Notes: generated from the sequence alone by a model not told the origin. A stretch of 24,000 nucleotides of DNA from Cytophagales bacterium (GCA_038235275.1 JBBSUC010000019.1:32372-56371), one strand, 5' to 3'. Shown: positions 1 to 9,015, counted from the stretch's first letter. Made by a program: numbers and translations.

Positions 1-176
1 CATAAAAAAACATGGTTTGAGGTTTATATTTTTTTACAATAACCAAGACAAATCAACTGTGGAAAGAGGAAGAACAAGCTACTGCGGTATAAAACTGAAC
101 GGAAAGAAAACGACGAGATTGAAAAACGCCGTTTACCCTTAACCCTTGACCTTTAACCCGAAAACCGAGCCCCAAA

Positions 177-854
177 CTAGACGTGCACCTTCTCCGTCAC
201 CACTTTCCCGTCAAACAAATTCACCGTCCTATGCGCAAAACCCGCGTCATAGGGAGAGTGCGTCACCATGATGATGGTCGTGCCGGCCTCGTTGAGTTGC
301 TTCAAAAGATTCATCACCTCCTCGCCGTTTTTGGAGTCGAGGTTACCCGTCGGCTCATCCGCCAGGATGATCTTGGGCGTGGCCACCACGGCGCGGGCGA
401 TAGCCGTACGCTGCTGCTGTCCGCCGGAAAGCTGCTGCGGGAAGTGGTTGCGACGGTGCATCATGCTCATGCGTTCGAGGGCGGCTTCCACGCGCTGCTT
501 GCGCTCGTCGGGGGGCGTGTTGAGGTAGAGCAGCGGCAGTTCTACGTTCTCAAAGACGGTCAGTTCGTCGATCAGGTTGAAGCTTTGGAATACGAACCCG
601 ATGTTGCCTTTACGGATCTGCGCCCGCTGCCGTTCGGACATGTTGGCCACCTCGGTTTCGTAGAATCCGTAGGAGCCTTCGCTGGGATTGTCGAGCAGAC
701 CCAGGATGTTTAGCAGCGTGGATTTGCCGCAGCCCGATGGCCCCATGATGGCCACGAATTCACCGTCCTTGATTTCGAGGTCAATGCCGTTGAGGGCGGT
801 AGTTTCCACTTCTTCGGTGGAGAATACTTTTTGGAGATTTTTAATATCTAACAT
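177..854 (-). CDS. ABC transporter ATP-binding protein (MacB/LolD-type efflux ATPase)
   Basis: 225 aa ORF with an ATG start (cat at 852-854). It has Walker [13 protein letters not shown] signature LSGGQQQR, Walker B IILADEPT and an H-loop VTHS. It lies 80 nt downstream of a HlyD-type adaptor on the same strand. Confidence 0.93.
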   Translation of the reverse strand: MLDIKNLQKVFSTEEVETTALNGIDLEIKDGEFVAIMGPSGCGKSTLLNILGLLDNPSEGSYGFYETEVANMSERQRAQIRKGNIGFVFQSFNLIDELTVFENVELPLLYLNTPPDERKQRVEAALERMSMMHRRNHFPQQLSGGQQQRTAIARAVVATPKIILADEPTGNLDSKNGEEVMNLLKQLNEAGTTIIMVTHSPYDAGFAHRTVNLFDGKVVTEKVHV

Positions 855-934
855 TTTGTGTTTGGGAGGTTGGTTTGTTTATGGTTGGTTTTTTGAACCA
901 CAGAGACCGATACGCCAGAGCAGTCTTTGCGAGA

Positions 935-2248
935 TTAAAATTCAAGAACTTCGTTATCGCCGAAGTTTTCATACGAGCTAGTGATGACTTTTTCACCCGA
1001 TTTCAAGCCTTCGAGCACCTCATAAAACTCAGGATTTTTGCGACCCAGGGCAATGTTGCGCTTCGTAGCGCGGTTGCCTTCTTTTTCTACGACGTACACC
1101 CAGTTGCCACCCGTGTCGGAGAAAAAGCCACCGACGGGGAGCAGCGTTGCCTTAGAGGGCTGGCCGAGTTGCAGGCGGATAGGAGCCGATTGCCCACGCT
1201 TGATGCGCTCGGGAGCGCCTTTGGTAAACCGCATATCGACCTCGAATCGGCCGCTACGGACTTCGGGATAAATCTTTACGATCTCCAAACCATAAGGTTG
1301 GCCGTCGAAATCCAGGCTGCCACCCAGGCCCACAAAAATCCGGGAAATATAGTGCTCATCCACGTCCACGCGCATCTTGAAGCCATCGAGGTCGTCGATT
1401 TGGCCGATGTTCTGGCCCTGATTGATGTTCGAGCCGACTTCCACGTTCATGGACGAAAGCAAACCGCGTACGGGGGCTTTCACTACCAGGTTGTCGAGCG
1501 TCTGCCGCCAGAGGGCGACGTTTTTCTGGGTGTTGGCCAGGGTGCCTTCCAATTGCGAAATTTGCATCTTGGCGTTTTCTTCCTGGTACTTCTGCGATTC
1601 AGTTTCGATGTCGCGCTGCTGTATCAGACGTTCGTAGTCGCGCTTGGTTTTCAGGTAATCCGCTTCGGGAATTACCTTATCGCGATAGAGTTGTTCATTA
1701 CGCAGGTGGGCGTCCTTGGCCTGGGCGGTCTGGAAATCCAGATCGCTGAGGGTCTTTTGGAGATTAAATCGCTCGACGCGCAGCCGTTGTCGGGTGTTTT
1801 GCAGATCGTTCACCAGGCGGCTGGCTTCCGTTTCCGATTGCAGGAAGTTGAGTTTCAGACTCTGGTTTTCGAGTTTTAAAAGTACCTCGCCTTCCTTCAC
1901 CATGTTGCCACCTTCTACCATTTTCTGCGTGACGTAGCCGCCCACGATGGCGTCGAGTTGGATGGTTTTAAGCGGCTGCACGACGCCCGTCACCACAATG
2001 AATTCATCGAATTCGCCCTGGCTAACGGTGGAAATCGTTACCTTGTCCTTATCGGCGTTGTACTTGGAGCGTTTGTCGGCCCAAATAAGTTGGTACAAAA
2101 TGAAGCCCACTAGCAATGTACCCGCCACGACGTAGCCGATGCGCTTGGGATTCCAGAATTTTTTCTTTTTTCCCTTGTCCATGCCGGACTGGCTGAGAGC
2201 AGCGTCGGGCATTTTGCCAAAGGGAGAGGGTTTTAAGTCGGTGGCCAT
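935..2248 (-). CDS. HlyD-family efflux periplasmic adaptor subunit
   Basis: 437 aa ORF with an ATG at 2248. It has a single N-terminal TM helix (IGYVVAGTLLVGFILYQLIW), a long coiled-coil hairpin region (LNFLQSETEASRLVNDLQNTRQRL...) and a beta-rich C-terminus. The operon position ahead of the ABC ATPase fits this call. A shorter start at M23 (MDKGKKKKFW, nt 2182) is possible. Confidence 0.85.
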   Translation of the reverse strand: MATDLKPSPFGKMPDAALSQSGMDKGKKKKFWNPKRIGYVVAGTLLVGFILYQLIWADKRSKYNADKDKVTISTVSQGEFDEFIVVTGVVQPLKTIQLDAIVGGYVTQKMVEGGNMVKEGEVLLKLENQSLKLNFLQSETEASRLVNDLQNTRQRLRVERFNLQKTLSDLDFQTAQAKDAHLRNEQLYRDKVIPEADYLKTKRDYERLIQQRDIETESQKYQEENAKMQISQLEGTLANTQKNVALWRQTLDNLVVKAPVRGLLSSMNVEVGSNINQGQNIGQIDDLDGFKMRVDVDEHYISRIFVGLGGSLDFDGQPYGLEIVKIYPEVRSGRFEVDMRFTKGAPERIKRGQSAPIRLQLGQPSKATLLPVGGFFSDTGGNWVYVVEKEGNRATKRNIALGRKNPEFYEVLEGLKSGEKVITSSYENFGDNEVLEF

Positions 2249-2254
2249 TTATTT

Positions 2255-2289
2255 AGATATGAGATATGAATTATGAGATTTCACTTATG
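2255..2289 (-). repeat. Five tandem heptamers in the hlyD-like leader
   Basis: The plus strand reads AGATATG AGATATG AATTATG AGATTTC ACTTATG. On the sense (minus) strand this is CATAAGT GAAATCT CATAATT CATATCT CATATCT, and it ends 6 nt before the ATG at 2248. Confidence 0.6.
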
Positions 2290-2316
2290 TTTAAATCCTC
2301 TTGTTTGCCAGAGTAT

Positions 2317-2333
2317 GTTCAATCCTTATGCCA
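2317..2333 (-). promoter_or_regulatory. Weak candidate sigma-54 (-24/-12) promoter for the efflux operon
   Basis: The minus strand reads cTGGCAT-AAGGA-TTGAAc, about 70-85 nt upstream of the ATG at 2248. The -24 GG element and the spacing fit. The -12 element is TTGA rather than the consensus TTGC, so the conserved GC dinucleotide is not intact. Confidence 0.22.
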
Positions 2334-2408
2334 GAAGAATATGTTTTGGATAAATTGCTGATTTTCAGCAAGAATGCTATTTTTGAATGCTCGTTGAGTG
2401 TTCATTAT

Positions 2409-2434
2409 CGGACACCGATGTCCGGCAGCGGACA
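2409..2434. promoter_or_regulatory. Candidate enhancer-binding-protein or regulator site (inverted repeat plus a third half-site)
   Basis: CGGACA (2409-2414), spacer ccga, TGTCCG (2419-2424), then a third CGGACA at 2429-2434. The site sits in the divergent intergenic region, about 80-100 bp upstream of the -24/-12-like element relative to minus-strand transcription. Confidence 0.3.
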
Positions 2435-2591
2435 GTGAGTACAAAGTACCGTTTTTCTAACTCTTTCTTTATTAATACCTTAGCGAAAGCTGATTTTAAC
2501 GGCATATTTATTGATGCCTGCAAGCTAGTATTTATCACTTTGTGCCTTTGGAACTTAGTGCCTCAACACCTCCAAGCTATCATACACCCCA

Positions 2592-3938
2592 ATGCTACTC
2601 TCTGAAACCAAATTACTCATAGTCGATGACGACGTGGACGTCTTAAGCGCCGCCAAACTGCTCTTGAAACGCCACTTAAAGCAAGTAGACATTGAGAAAA
2701 ATCCTGAAAAAATACCATTCTTGCTCAACAACGGTGCGTATGATTGCATCCTGCTCGATATGAATTTTACGCGCGACGTCAGCAGTGGTCGCGAGGGATT
2801 TCAGTGGCTCGACCGCATTCTCGACCACTCGTCCAAAATGACCGTCGTCATGGTCACAGCCTACGGTGACGTAGAAATGGCTGTGCGGGCCATCAAGGCC
2901 GGGGCTACGGATTTTGTCCTCAAGCCCTGGGAAAACGATAAGTTGCTTGCGACGCTGGAAAAGGCGCTGAGTGGCAAAGGGGCGGACGGCGAAGTCGTGG
3001 AAACGGCCGCCGCGAAGGCATCTAAAAACAACCTCATTGCCCAAAGCGATTCCATGCGTTACGTGCTGGACACCGCCGAACGGGTGGCTCCCACCGATGC
3101 TAACGTGCTGATTTTGGGTGATAACGGGACGGGCAAAACGCAACTGGCAAAGTACATCCATGATCTATCGAAGCGCAATCAAAAGCCCTTTGTTTGCGTG
3201 GATTTAGGGGCTTTGAGCGAAAACCTGTTCGAGAGCGAACTCTTCGGCCACGTGAAGGGTGCCTTCACCGATGCCCGCGACGACCGCCCCGGCCGCTTCG
3301 AGGAAGCGCAGGGCGGCACCATTTTTCTGGATGAAATCGGAAACCTGCCGTTGGCCTTGCAGTCGAAGTTGCTGACGGTGATTCAGGAGCGACAGGTCAC
3401 GCGCGTGGGTTCCAATCGTCCGGTAATGGTGGACGTACGGCTATTGTGCGCCACCAACCGGGACATCGACAAGATGGTAGCCCAAAACGACTTCCGACAG
3501 GACTTGCTATACCGCATTAACACCATCGAACTAGAACTCCCGCCGCTGCGCGAACGCCCCGACGACATCGCCCCGCTGGCGGAATATTACCTGAAAGAAT
3601 TCAGAAAAAAATACAACCGCCCCGTCAACGCGATCAGCGTGCCGCTTCTCAAAAAGATGCAAATGTACGACTGGCCCGGTAACATCCGCGAGTTACAGCA
3701 CGCCATTGAGCGGGCCGTCATCCTCTCGCAGGAAAAAGTCCTGCAACCCGACGATATGTTCCTGAAAAACATCAGCCCCGACGCCGCTTCTGCCACGGCC
3801 TACGACCTGGAAGACATGGAGAAAACCATGATCCTCAAAGCCCTCAAACGCTACAGTGGCAACATCACCGATACCGCTCGTGAACTTGGTTTAAGTAGGG
3901 CCGCGCTGTATCGGCGTATGGAGAAATATGGTTTATGA
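2592..3938 (+). CDS. Sigma-54-dependent Fis-family response regulator (NtrC class)
   Basis: 448 aa ORF with an ATG at 2592. It has a receiver domain (LLIVDDDVDV...CILLDMNF), an AAA+ core (Walker A GDNGTGKT, Walker B TIFLDEIG, sigma-54 contact loop as GAFTDA) and a C-terminal Fis-type HTH (NITDTARELGLSRAALYRRMEKYGL). Confidence 0.93.
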   Translation: MLLSETKLLIVDDDVDVLSAAKLLLKRHLKQVDIEKNPEKIPFLLNNGAYDCILLDMNFTRDVSSGREGFQWLDRILDHSSKMTVVMVTAYGDVEMAVRAIKAGATDFVLKPWENDKLLATLEKALSGKGADGEVVETAAAKASKNNLIAQSDSMRYVLDTAERVAPTDANVLILGDNGTGKTQLAKYIHDLSKRNQKPFVCVDLGALSENLFESELFGHVKGAFTDARDDRPGRFEEAQGGTIFLDEIGNLPLALQSKLLTVIQERQVTRVGSNRPVMVDVRLLCATNRDIDKMVAQNDFRQDLLYRINTIELELPPLRERPDDIAPLAEYYLKEFRKKYNRPVNAISVPLLKKMQMYDWPGNIRELQHAIERAVILSQEKVLQPDDMFLKNISPDAASATAYDLEDMEKTMILKALKRYSGNITDTARELGLSRAALYRRMEKYGL

Positions 3939-5269
3939 AACATTTCTCCATAGGTATTCTCTGGCGTGTCCTGTTATTAATCCTGGCGGGGCTGGGGTTG
4001 GGGTATTTGGTGTCGCGTACACCTCCCAACTGGATGCTGGTGATGATGATGCTGGTGGTCGTTTTCTTTTTGGGAAACGGGCTTTATACTTACGTTACGT
4101 CGTTTAACCGCAAGTTTGTGCGCTTTCTGGAATCGGTGCGGTACTCGGACTTTACAATCAAGTTTCGGGCCGATAACGTGATGGGCGATACCTTTCAGGA
4201 ACTCAACCAGCAGTTCAACGAAGTGCTCATGGCCTTCCGGCAGGCGCGGGCCGAGAAGGAAGCCAACTTGCAGTATCTCAACGCTATCGTTCAGCATATT
4301 GGCACTGGCCTCATCACCTTCGACGCGGGTGGTGGAGTCAACTTGGTGAATAGTGCGGCGTTGCGGATGCTGGATATTTATCGGCTGCGGCAGATGTCGG
4401 ACCTACAGGAAAGCCACCCGCGCCTTTTCGATATGCTATCGAAGTTGGAAACGGGCGTGCGCGAGCTGTACATCTCGCCGCAGGACCAGCCGCTGGCCGT
4501 GCAGGGGACCACCATCCAAATGCGCGGTACCTGGGTGCGCATCGTGGCTTTACAGAACATCGGCACTGAACTCCAGCAGAAAGAGGTAGAAGCCTGGCAA
4601 AATCTAACGCGGGTACTGCGCCACGAAATCATGAACTCCATGACGCCCATCGTCTCGCTAGTCGGGACGATGCGGTTGATCGTCAACGAGGACATTGAGC
4701 AAAATGCCGAAAATGAGGAGGCCGTCGGCGACTTGAAAGAAGCGCTGCAAACGTTGGAAAAGCGCAGTCAGGGGATGATGAAGTTCGTCAACGCCTACCG
4801 CGATTTTACGACCTTGCCCAAACCCAGTATGCGGACGATTTCGGTCAAAGAAATCTTGCAGGATGTGCTGCAACTCCTGCAAGCCGACCTCACCGCCGCC
4901 GGGGTTTTGGCCAAAATGGAGGTACTGCCCGAGCAACTGACCGTCACGGCCGACGCCGACCAATTGCAGCAAGTCCTCATCAACCTCATCAAAAATGCCC
5001 TCGAAGCCTTTCGCGAGCAACCCGCCCCGCTTATTGAACTGCAAGCCTACTCGACCGACAATCAGCGGGTGACGATCAACGTCCGCGACAACGGCTTCGG
5101 CATCGAACCCGAGGCGCTGGAGAAGATTTTTATTCCCTTTTATACTACCAAAAAAACGGGTTCCGGCATTGGTTTGAGTCTGTCGCGTCAAATTCTGCAA
5201 CAGCATAATGGCCAACTGGTTGTCAACTCCGAGGTAAATATCGGTACGGTTTTTTCGTTAGTATTGTAA
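3935..5269 (+). CDS. Sensor histidine kinase (two TM helices, PAS-like, HisKA, HATPase_c)
   Basis: 444 aa ORF. Its ATG overlaps the regulator's stop codon (ATGA at 3935-3938). It has two N-terminal TM helices, an H-box LRHEIMNSMTPI, an N-box LINLIKNALEAF, G1 DNGFGI and G2 GSGIGLSLS. Confidence 0.9.
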   Translation: MKHFSIGILWRVLLLILAGLGLGYLVSRTPPNWMLVMMMLVVVFFLGNGLYTYVTSFNRKFVRFLESVRYSDFTIKFRADNVMGDTFQELNQQFNEVLMAFRQARAEKEANLQYLNAIVQHIGTGLITFDAGGGVNLVNSAALRMLDIYRLRQMSDLQESHPRLFDMLSKLETGVRELYISPQDQPLAVQGTTIQMRGTWVRIVALQNIGTELQQKEVEAWQNLTRVLRHEIMNSMTPIVSLVGTMRLIVNEDIEQNAENEEAVGDLKEALQTLEKRSQGMMKFVNAYRDFTTLPKPSMRTISVKEILQDVLQLLQADLTAAGVLAKMEVLPEQLTVTADADQLQQVLINLIKNALEAFREQPAPLIELQAYSTDNQRVTINVRDNGFGIEPEALEKIFIPFYTTKKTGSGIGLSLSRQILQQHNGQLVVNSEVNIGTVFSLVL

Positions 5270-5363
5270 GAAAACGGAAAGACATTGAATAATTTTCTCG
5301 CCGTCGTACAACCATTCTGCTGCCGGGCGGGTCTATCCTAAAAACAATAAAACCAAAAACGCC

Positions 5364-5807
5364 ATGAAACAACTTGCCATCATAGCCTCAGCCTGTTTGC
5401 TGCTCTTTTCCTGCAAATCAGATTCCATCGAAGCCAAAATCAGCGACAAGACCTTAAAATACGAAGAAACGCTCACCCTTACGGGCGGTAGCCTGACTTT
5501 TGCCAAAATCGAGGACAGTCGCTGTCCCGAAGACGTGCAGTGCATTCGGGCGGGTGAGGCCATCGTGACACTGCAAACCCGTGGTTTGCCGACGGTCAAC
5601 GAAACTCAAATCGTTAAAATGTGCCTGGGGGATTGCATCACGGTTTATCCCAAAGGCGGCTTCCGCGAGGCCGATACCGCAAACATCAGTCTGGACGGCA
5701 CGAAGTACCGCCTGATTCTGACGGAAGTCAATCCTTATCCGAACACGACCAAACCCGTGCAGAAAAAGGATTACAACATCAAGCTGAAAGTAGAGCAAAA
5801 CCCCTGA
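5364..5807 (+). CDS. Hypothetical lipoprotein
   Basis: 147 aa ORF with an ATG start. It has a signal peptide with a lipobox (ACLLLFSC). The mature part contains paired cysteines (DSRCPEDVQCIRAG, MCLGDC). A strong terminator follows it. Confidence 0.7.
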   Translation: MKQLAIIASACLLLFSCKSDSIEAKISDKTLKYEETLTLTGGSLTFAKIEDSRCPEDVQCIRAGEAIVTLQTRGLPTVNETQIVKMCLGDCITVYPKGGFREADTANISLDGTKYRLILTEVNPYPNTTKPVQKKDYNIKLKVEQNP

Positions 5808-5812
5808 ACGAA

Positions 5813-5841
5813 GAAAGCCGCAACGATGCGGCTTTCTTTTT
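5813..5841 (+). terminator. Rho-independent terminator between convergent genes
   Basis: A perfect 10 bp stem, GAAAGCCGCA (5813-5822) with TGCGGCTTTC (5827-5836), a 4 nt loop ACGA, then TTTTT (5837-5841). Confidence 0.75.
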
Positions 5842-5857
5842 GTCAAAACTCCGAAAC

Positions 5858-7564
5858 TTACACTTCCTCAGTCTGCGCCAGTTTACTCTTTCTATACCCG
5901 TAAGAAAAGTAAATCACCAACCCGATTACCAGCCAAATCACGAAAATCAGCCAGTTGGACGAACCGAGTTCGGTCATTAGGTACAGATTGGTGAGAATTC
6001 CCATGACGGGCAGAATCGAGAAATTGTATTTGTAGCTCATCACCGAGAGCGTAATCCAAGCGATCCAGAAGACGATGGTCAATAATTTGTGCTCAATAAT
6101 GTACATCAACGACGCCGTGCGCCATTCTTCCACTACGCTCTGACCGTAGATAGACAGTAGAATAACGGCTACGATGAATCCTAAGCCCACCAAATACTTC
6201 CCGTTCACATAAGGCACCCGAAACTTTGACTGTTTGGAAATTCCCGAGTAGTCGAGGTACAGGACTCCGCCGCACACCAGGATAAAAGCGAAGAAAGTAC
6301 CCACGCTCGTCAAGTCCACGAAAAAATCCATCTCGAAAAACAAAGCAGGAACACCCACGACCAGGCCCGTGATAATGGTGGCGAAGGAGGGCGTGTGGTA
6401 CTTGGGGTGGATTTTGGAAAAGCGCTTCCACAGCAGTCCGTCGCGGCTCATGGTCATCCAAATCCGCGGCTGGCCGAGTTGGTACACCAGCAGCGCACTC
6501 GTGATGGCGATGACCGAGCTCACCGAAATGACGCCTGCCATGAAATTCATGTCGATGCGCTGAAAGACGAAGGCCAGCGGGTCGTTCACATTCAGCTCGG
6601 TGTAGTTAACCATACCCGTGAGTACCAGCGTGATAAGGACATACAGGACGGTGCAAATCAGCAGCGTGTAGATCATCGCCTTGGGCATATCGCGCTGCGG
6701 GTCTTTGCACTCTTCGGCGGTAGTGGAGATGGAGTCGAAGCCGATGAAGGCGAAAAAAACCGCCGCTACACCGCTCAAAACGCCTCTGACGCCGTTGGGC
6801 GCAAAGGGCGTCCAGTTGACAGGCTTAATATAAAATGCCCCAACCCCGATGACCAGCAGCACTACGCCGACTTTCAGCATCACCATGATGTTGCTCGCCG
6901 TGCGCGACTCCTTGATACCTCTGTAAACCAAAGCCGTGACTAGCAGCGTGATAATCCCGGCGGGTAAGTTAAAGATAATGTGCCAGTCGCCGATCATGGG
7001 AGCATTTTGGTAGGCCAAAGCTAAGTTCTGGTCGGCCAGATTGAGCGAGTCGATGCCGTCCGTCTGCAGCCTGGCGAATCGATCTGCCGCCGCAATGGGA
7101 TTGGTGGATAGCCAGGCCGGAAAATGAATTCCGAAACCCTCCAGCATACTCACGAAGTACTGCGACCACGAGATGGCCACCACCATGTTGGAAACGGCGT
7201 ATTCCAGAATCAACGCCCAGCCAATAATCCAGGCAAACAGCTCCCCAAAGGCCACGTAGGCGTAGGTGTAAGCGCTGCCCGACACGGGAACCGTACTGGC
7301 AAACTGCGCGTAGGAAAGGGCGGTAAACACGCAGGCAATAGCTGTGAAAACAAAAAGCAGCGACACGGCGGGGCCACCGTTGAAACTCGCCAAACCAATG
7401 GTGCTGAATATCCCGGCCCCAATAATGGCCGCAATGCCCAGCGACACGAGATCACGCACGCCGAGGGTTTTGACCAGGCCGCCCGATTCCATGTCGGCTT
7501 TGTGGGCCTCGCTCATGATCTGGGAAACGGTTTTCTTACGAAAGAGGGAAGAATTTTGAGCCAT
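5858..7564 (-). CDS. APC-superfamily amino acid permease (cationic amino-acid transporter-like, about 14 TM)
   Basis: 568 aa ORF with an ATG at 7564, highly hydrophobic throughout. The N-terminal pattern (LVKTLGVRDLVSLGIAAIIGAGIFSTIG...) is typical of APC/CAT permeases, and there is an extended C-terminal TM pair. Confidence 0.9.
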   Translation of the reverse strand: MAQNSSLFRKKTVSQIMSEAHKADMESGGLVKTLGVRDLVSLGIAAIIGAGIFSTIGLASFNGGPAVSLLFVFTAIACVFTALSYAQFASTVPVSGSAYTYAYVAFGELFAWIIGWALILEYAVSNMVVAISWSQYFVSMLEGFGIHFPAWLSTNPIAAADRFARLQTDGIDSLNLADQNLALAYQNAPMIGDWHIIFNLPAGIITLLVTALVYRGIKESRTASNIMVMLKVGVVLLVIGVGAFYIKPVNWTPFAPNGVRGVLSGVAAVFFAFIGFDSISTTAEECKDPQRDMPKAMIYTLLICTVLYVLITLVLTGMVNYTELNVNDPLAFVFQRIDMNFMAGVISVSSVIAITSALLVYQLGQPRIWMTMSRDGLLWKRFSKIHPKYHTPSFATIITGLVVGVPALFFEMDFFVDLTSVGTFFAFILVCGGVLYLDYSGISKQSKFRVPYVNGKYLVGLGFIVAVILLSIYGQSVVEEWRTASLMYIIEHKLLTIVFWIAWITLSVMSYKYNFSILPVMGILTNLYLMTELGSSNWLIFVIWLVIGLVIYFSYGYRKSKLAQTEEV

Positions 7565-7710
7565 GCAGAGGAAGGTTTGGGATTAGGTTTTTACGAATAA
7601 GCGGCTAAAATAGCGATATTCCGCAAGCTAGAAAGAAAGGACGCGCATTAGGTAGACTTGGCCGAGTGAAGTGGCCAATTATTTGTGCAGCTACTTAAAC
7701 TTCGGTCGCG

Positions 7711-9015
7711 CTAACTCAATTTAACCCCGAACAGATCCCGCGACCGCGCGTAAATCCATGAGACTACGCCAATTGTGACCACACCGCCAATCAGCACCGA
7801 AGGCACCGTACCAAGTAACTTGGCCCCCACGCCCGACTCGAAAGCCCCCAACTCATTGGACGAACTCACGAAAATCCCGTTGACCGCCGCCACACGGCCG
7901 CGCATCTCGTCGGGCGGGTAGATTTGCAGGATCGTCTGCCGGATAATGACGCTCACGCTGTCGCAGGAACCCGTCATAAACAGCGCGAAGGCGGAGAGCA
8001 TAAAGGATTCTGAGAGTGCGAAAATGATGGTAAATAGACCGAAACCCGCTACGGCCAGCAGCATATTTCGCCAGGCGGTATGCGTGGGCGGATGATACGC
8101 CATGAAAAACATAGTGAGCAAAGCCCCCACCGCCGGAGCAGCCCGCAGCGCGCCCAGTCCCTCCGGGCCGACGTGCAGAATGTCTTCGGCGAAAACGGGC
8201 AGGATAGCCACGACCCCGCCAAACAGCACTGAAAATAAATCCAGCGAAATGGCGTACAACACGATGCGGGTGTTAAAGACAAAACGCAGGCCTTCTTTCA
8301 GATTTTGCCAAATCGTACCGGGATTGGTCGCCACCGGGACGGGCTTTTTAGTAATCATAGAAATCAAAAAGAGACATCCCACAAAGCACCCGATCACGAC
8401 TAACAGCGTGTTGGTCAGGCCGATGAGTACGTAGAGGAACCCGGCTATTCCCGGTCCTGCCACCGAGCCCGCCTGCCAGAATGAACTACTCCAGGTGGAT
8501 GAATTGTGGTAAATGGCACGGGGAACCAAAAAGGGTTTCAGGGACGACGACGACGGCGAGTAAAACCCCTTGGCCGCGCCGATCAGAAAGAAAACAGAAT
8601 AGATTAGTAATAGCCTGCCCTGCAAAGTATAGTGGTCGAAAAAGCCGGGCTGGAAAATCAAATATAGAATAATGGAGGCAACGATAATGACGCTCAGACT
8701 GATGCGTAACACGTTTCGCTTGTCGAAGCGGTCGGCGACGTAACCACCGAATAGTGACACCATTACAAACGGAACCACCTCGGCCAGTCCGATCAGCCCC
8801 AGCGAAAGTGGGTCGTGCGTGAGTTTGTACAGTTCATAGCCCACGATGACTTCCTGAATCAGAAACCCGACTGTGAACAGGAAGCTATTGGCGATGAAAA
8901 ACCGGAATTCGGAATATCGGAGGGCGGCGTAAGGGTCGTTGGGAGGCGGCTGAGTCAAGGCGGCGGCGGGATCCGGTGTTTTGTTGAAAAAAGCCTTCGG
9001 TGATTTTGCCCGCAA
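7711..9015 (-). CDS. MFS transporter
   Basis: 434 aa polytopic ORF with the MFS-type motif GGYVADRFDKRNVL after TM2. There is no in-frame ATG near the 5' end. The track start at 9015 is TTG, and a second in-frame TTG lies at 8958 (giving MTQPPPNDPYAALRYSEF...). The stop is firm but the start is uncertain. Confidence 0.85.
   Translation of the reverse strand: MRAKSPKAFFNKTPDPAAALTQPPPNDPYAALRYSEFRFFIANSFLFTVGFLIQEVIVGYELYKLTHDPLSLGLIGLAEVVPFVMVSLFGGYVADRFDKRNVLRISLSVIIVASIILYLIFQPGFFDHYTLQGRLLLIYSVFFLIGAAKGFYSPSSSSLKPFLVPRAIYHNSSTWSSSFWQAGSVAGPGIAGFLYVLIGLTNTLLVVIGCFVGCLFLISMITKKPVPVATNPGTIWQNLKEGLRFVFNTRIVLYAISLDLFSVLFGGVVAILPVFAEDILHVGPEGLGALRAAPAVGALLTMFFMAYHPPTHTAWRNMLLAVAGFGLFTIIFALSESFMLSAFALFMTGSCDSVSVIIRQTILQIYPPDEMRGRVAAVNGIFVSSSNELGAFESGVGAKLLGTVPSVLIGGVVTIGVVSWIYARSRDLFGVKLS

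Noticed and set aside
1-14. Possible start of another minus-strand gene at the left edge. The sense strand reads ...AAAAAAATATAAACCTCAAACC ATG TTT TTT TAT G. By context it could be the FtsX/MacB-type permease partner of the ABC ATPase.
   Set aside because: Only 4-5 codons are visible, so neither the start nor the product can be supported.
134-160. Three near-tandem copies of an ACCCTT-like unit (TTACCCTT AACCCTT GACCTTT AACCCG) downstream of the ABC ATPase gene.
   Set aside because: The run is short and degenerate with no associated structure. It cannot be distinguished from chance or a fragment of leader-style repeat.
875-1879. Long antisense ORFs opposite real genes. Examples are 875-1879 (+) 334 aa, 4658-5215 (-), 6395-6943 (+), 14119-14715 (+), 18033-18770 (+) and 19784-20596 (+).
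   Set aside because: Each lies entirely within, and antisense to, a CDS with clear family motifs. Their translations are low-complexity (Arg/Gly/Val/His-rich) with no recognisable domains. This is the usual stop-poor antisense frame of a codon-biased gene.
2542-2563. Two GGCAC elements on the minus strand (plus-strand GTGCCT repeated 16 nt apart), considered as sigma-54 -24 boxes.
   Set aside because: Neither has a GC dinucleotide 10 nt downstream of the GG. They sit about 300 nt from the efflux-operon start and face away from the regulator gene. I retain them only as a possible direct-repeat binding site.
2387-2605. 72 aa ORF inside the divergent intergenic region upstream of the response regulator.
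   Set aside because: It has no recognisable features. It overlaps the regulator's start and the candidate regulatory repeats, and its composition looks like AT-rich intergenic sequence.
7658-7678. Hairpin TTGGCC-N9-GGCCAA downstream of the MFS gene, considered as a terminator.
   Set aside because: The stem is only 6 bp and no U-tract follows on the minus strand, so the evidence is insufficient to call.
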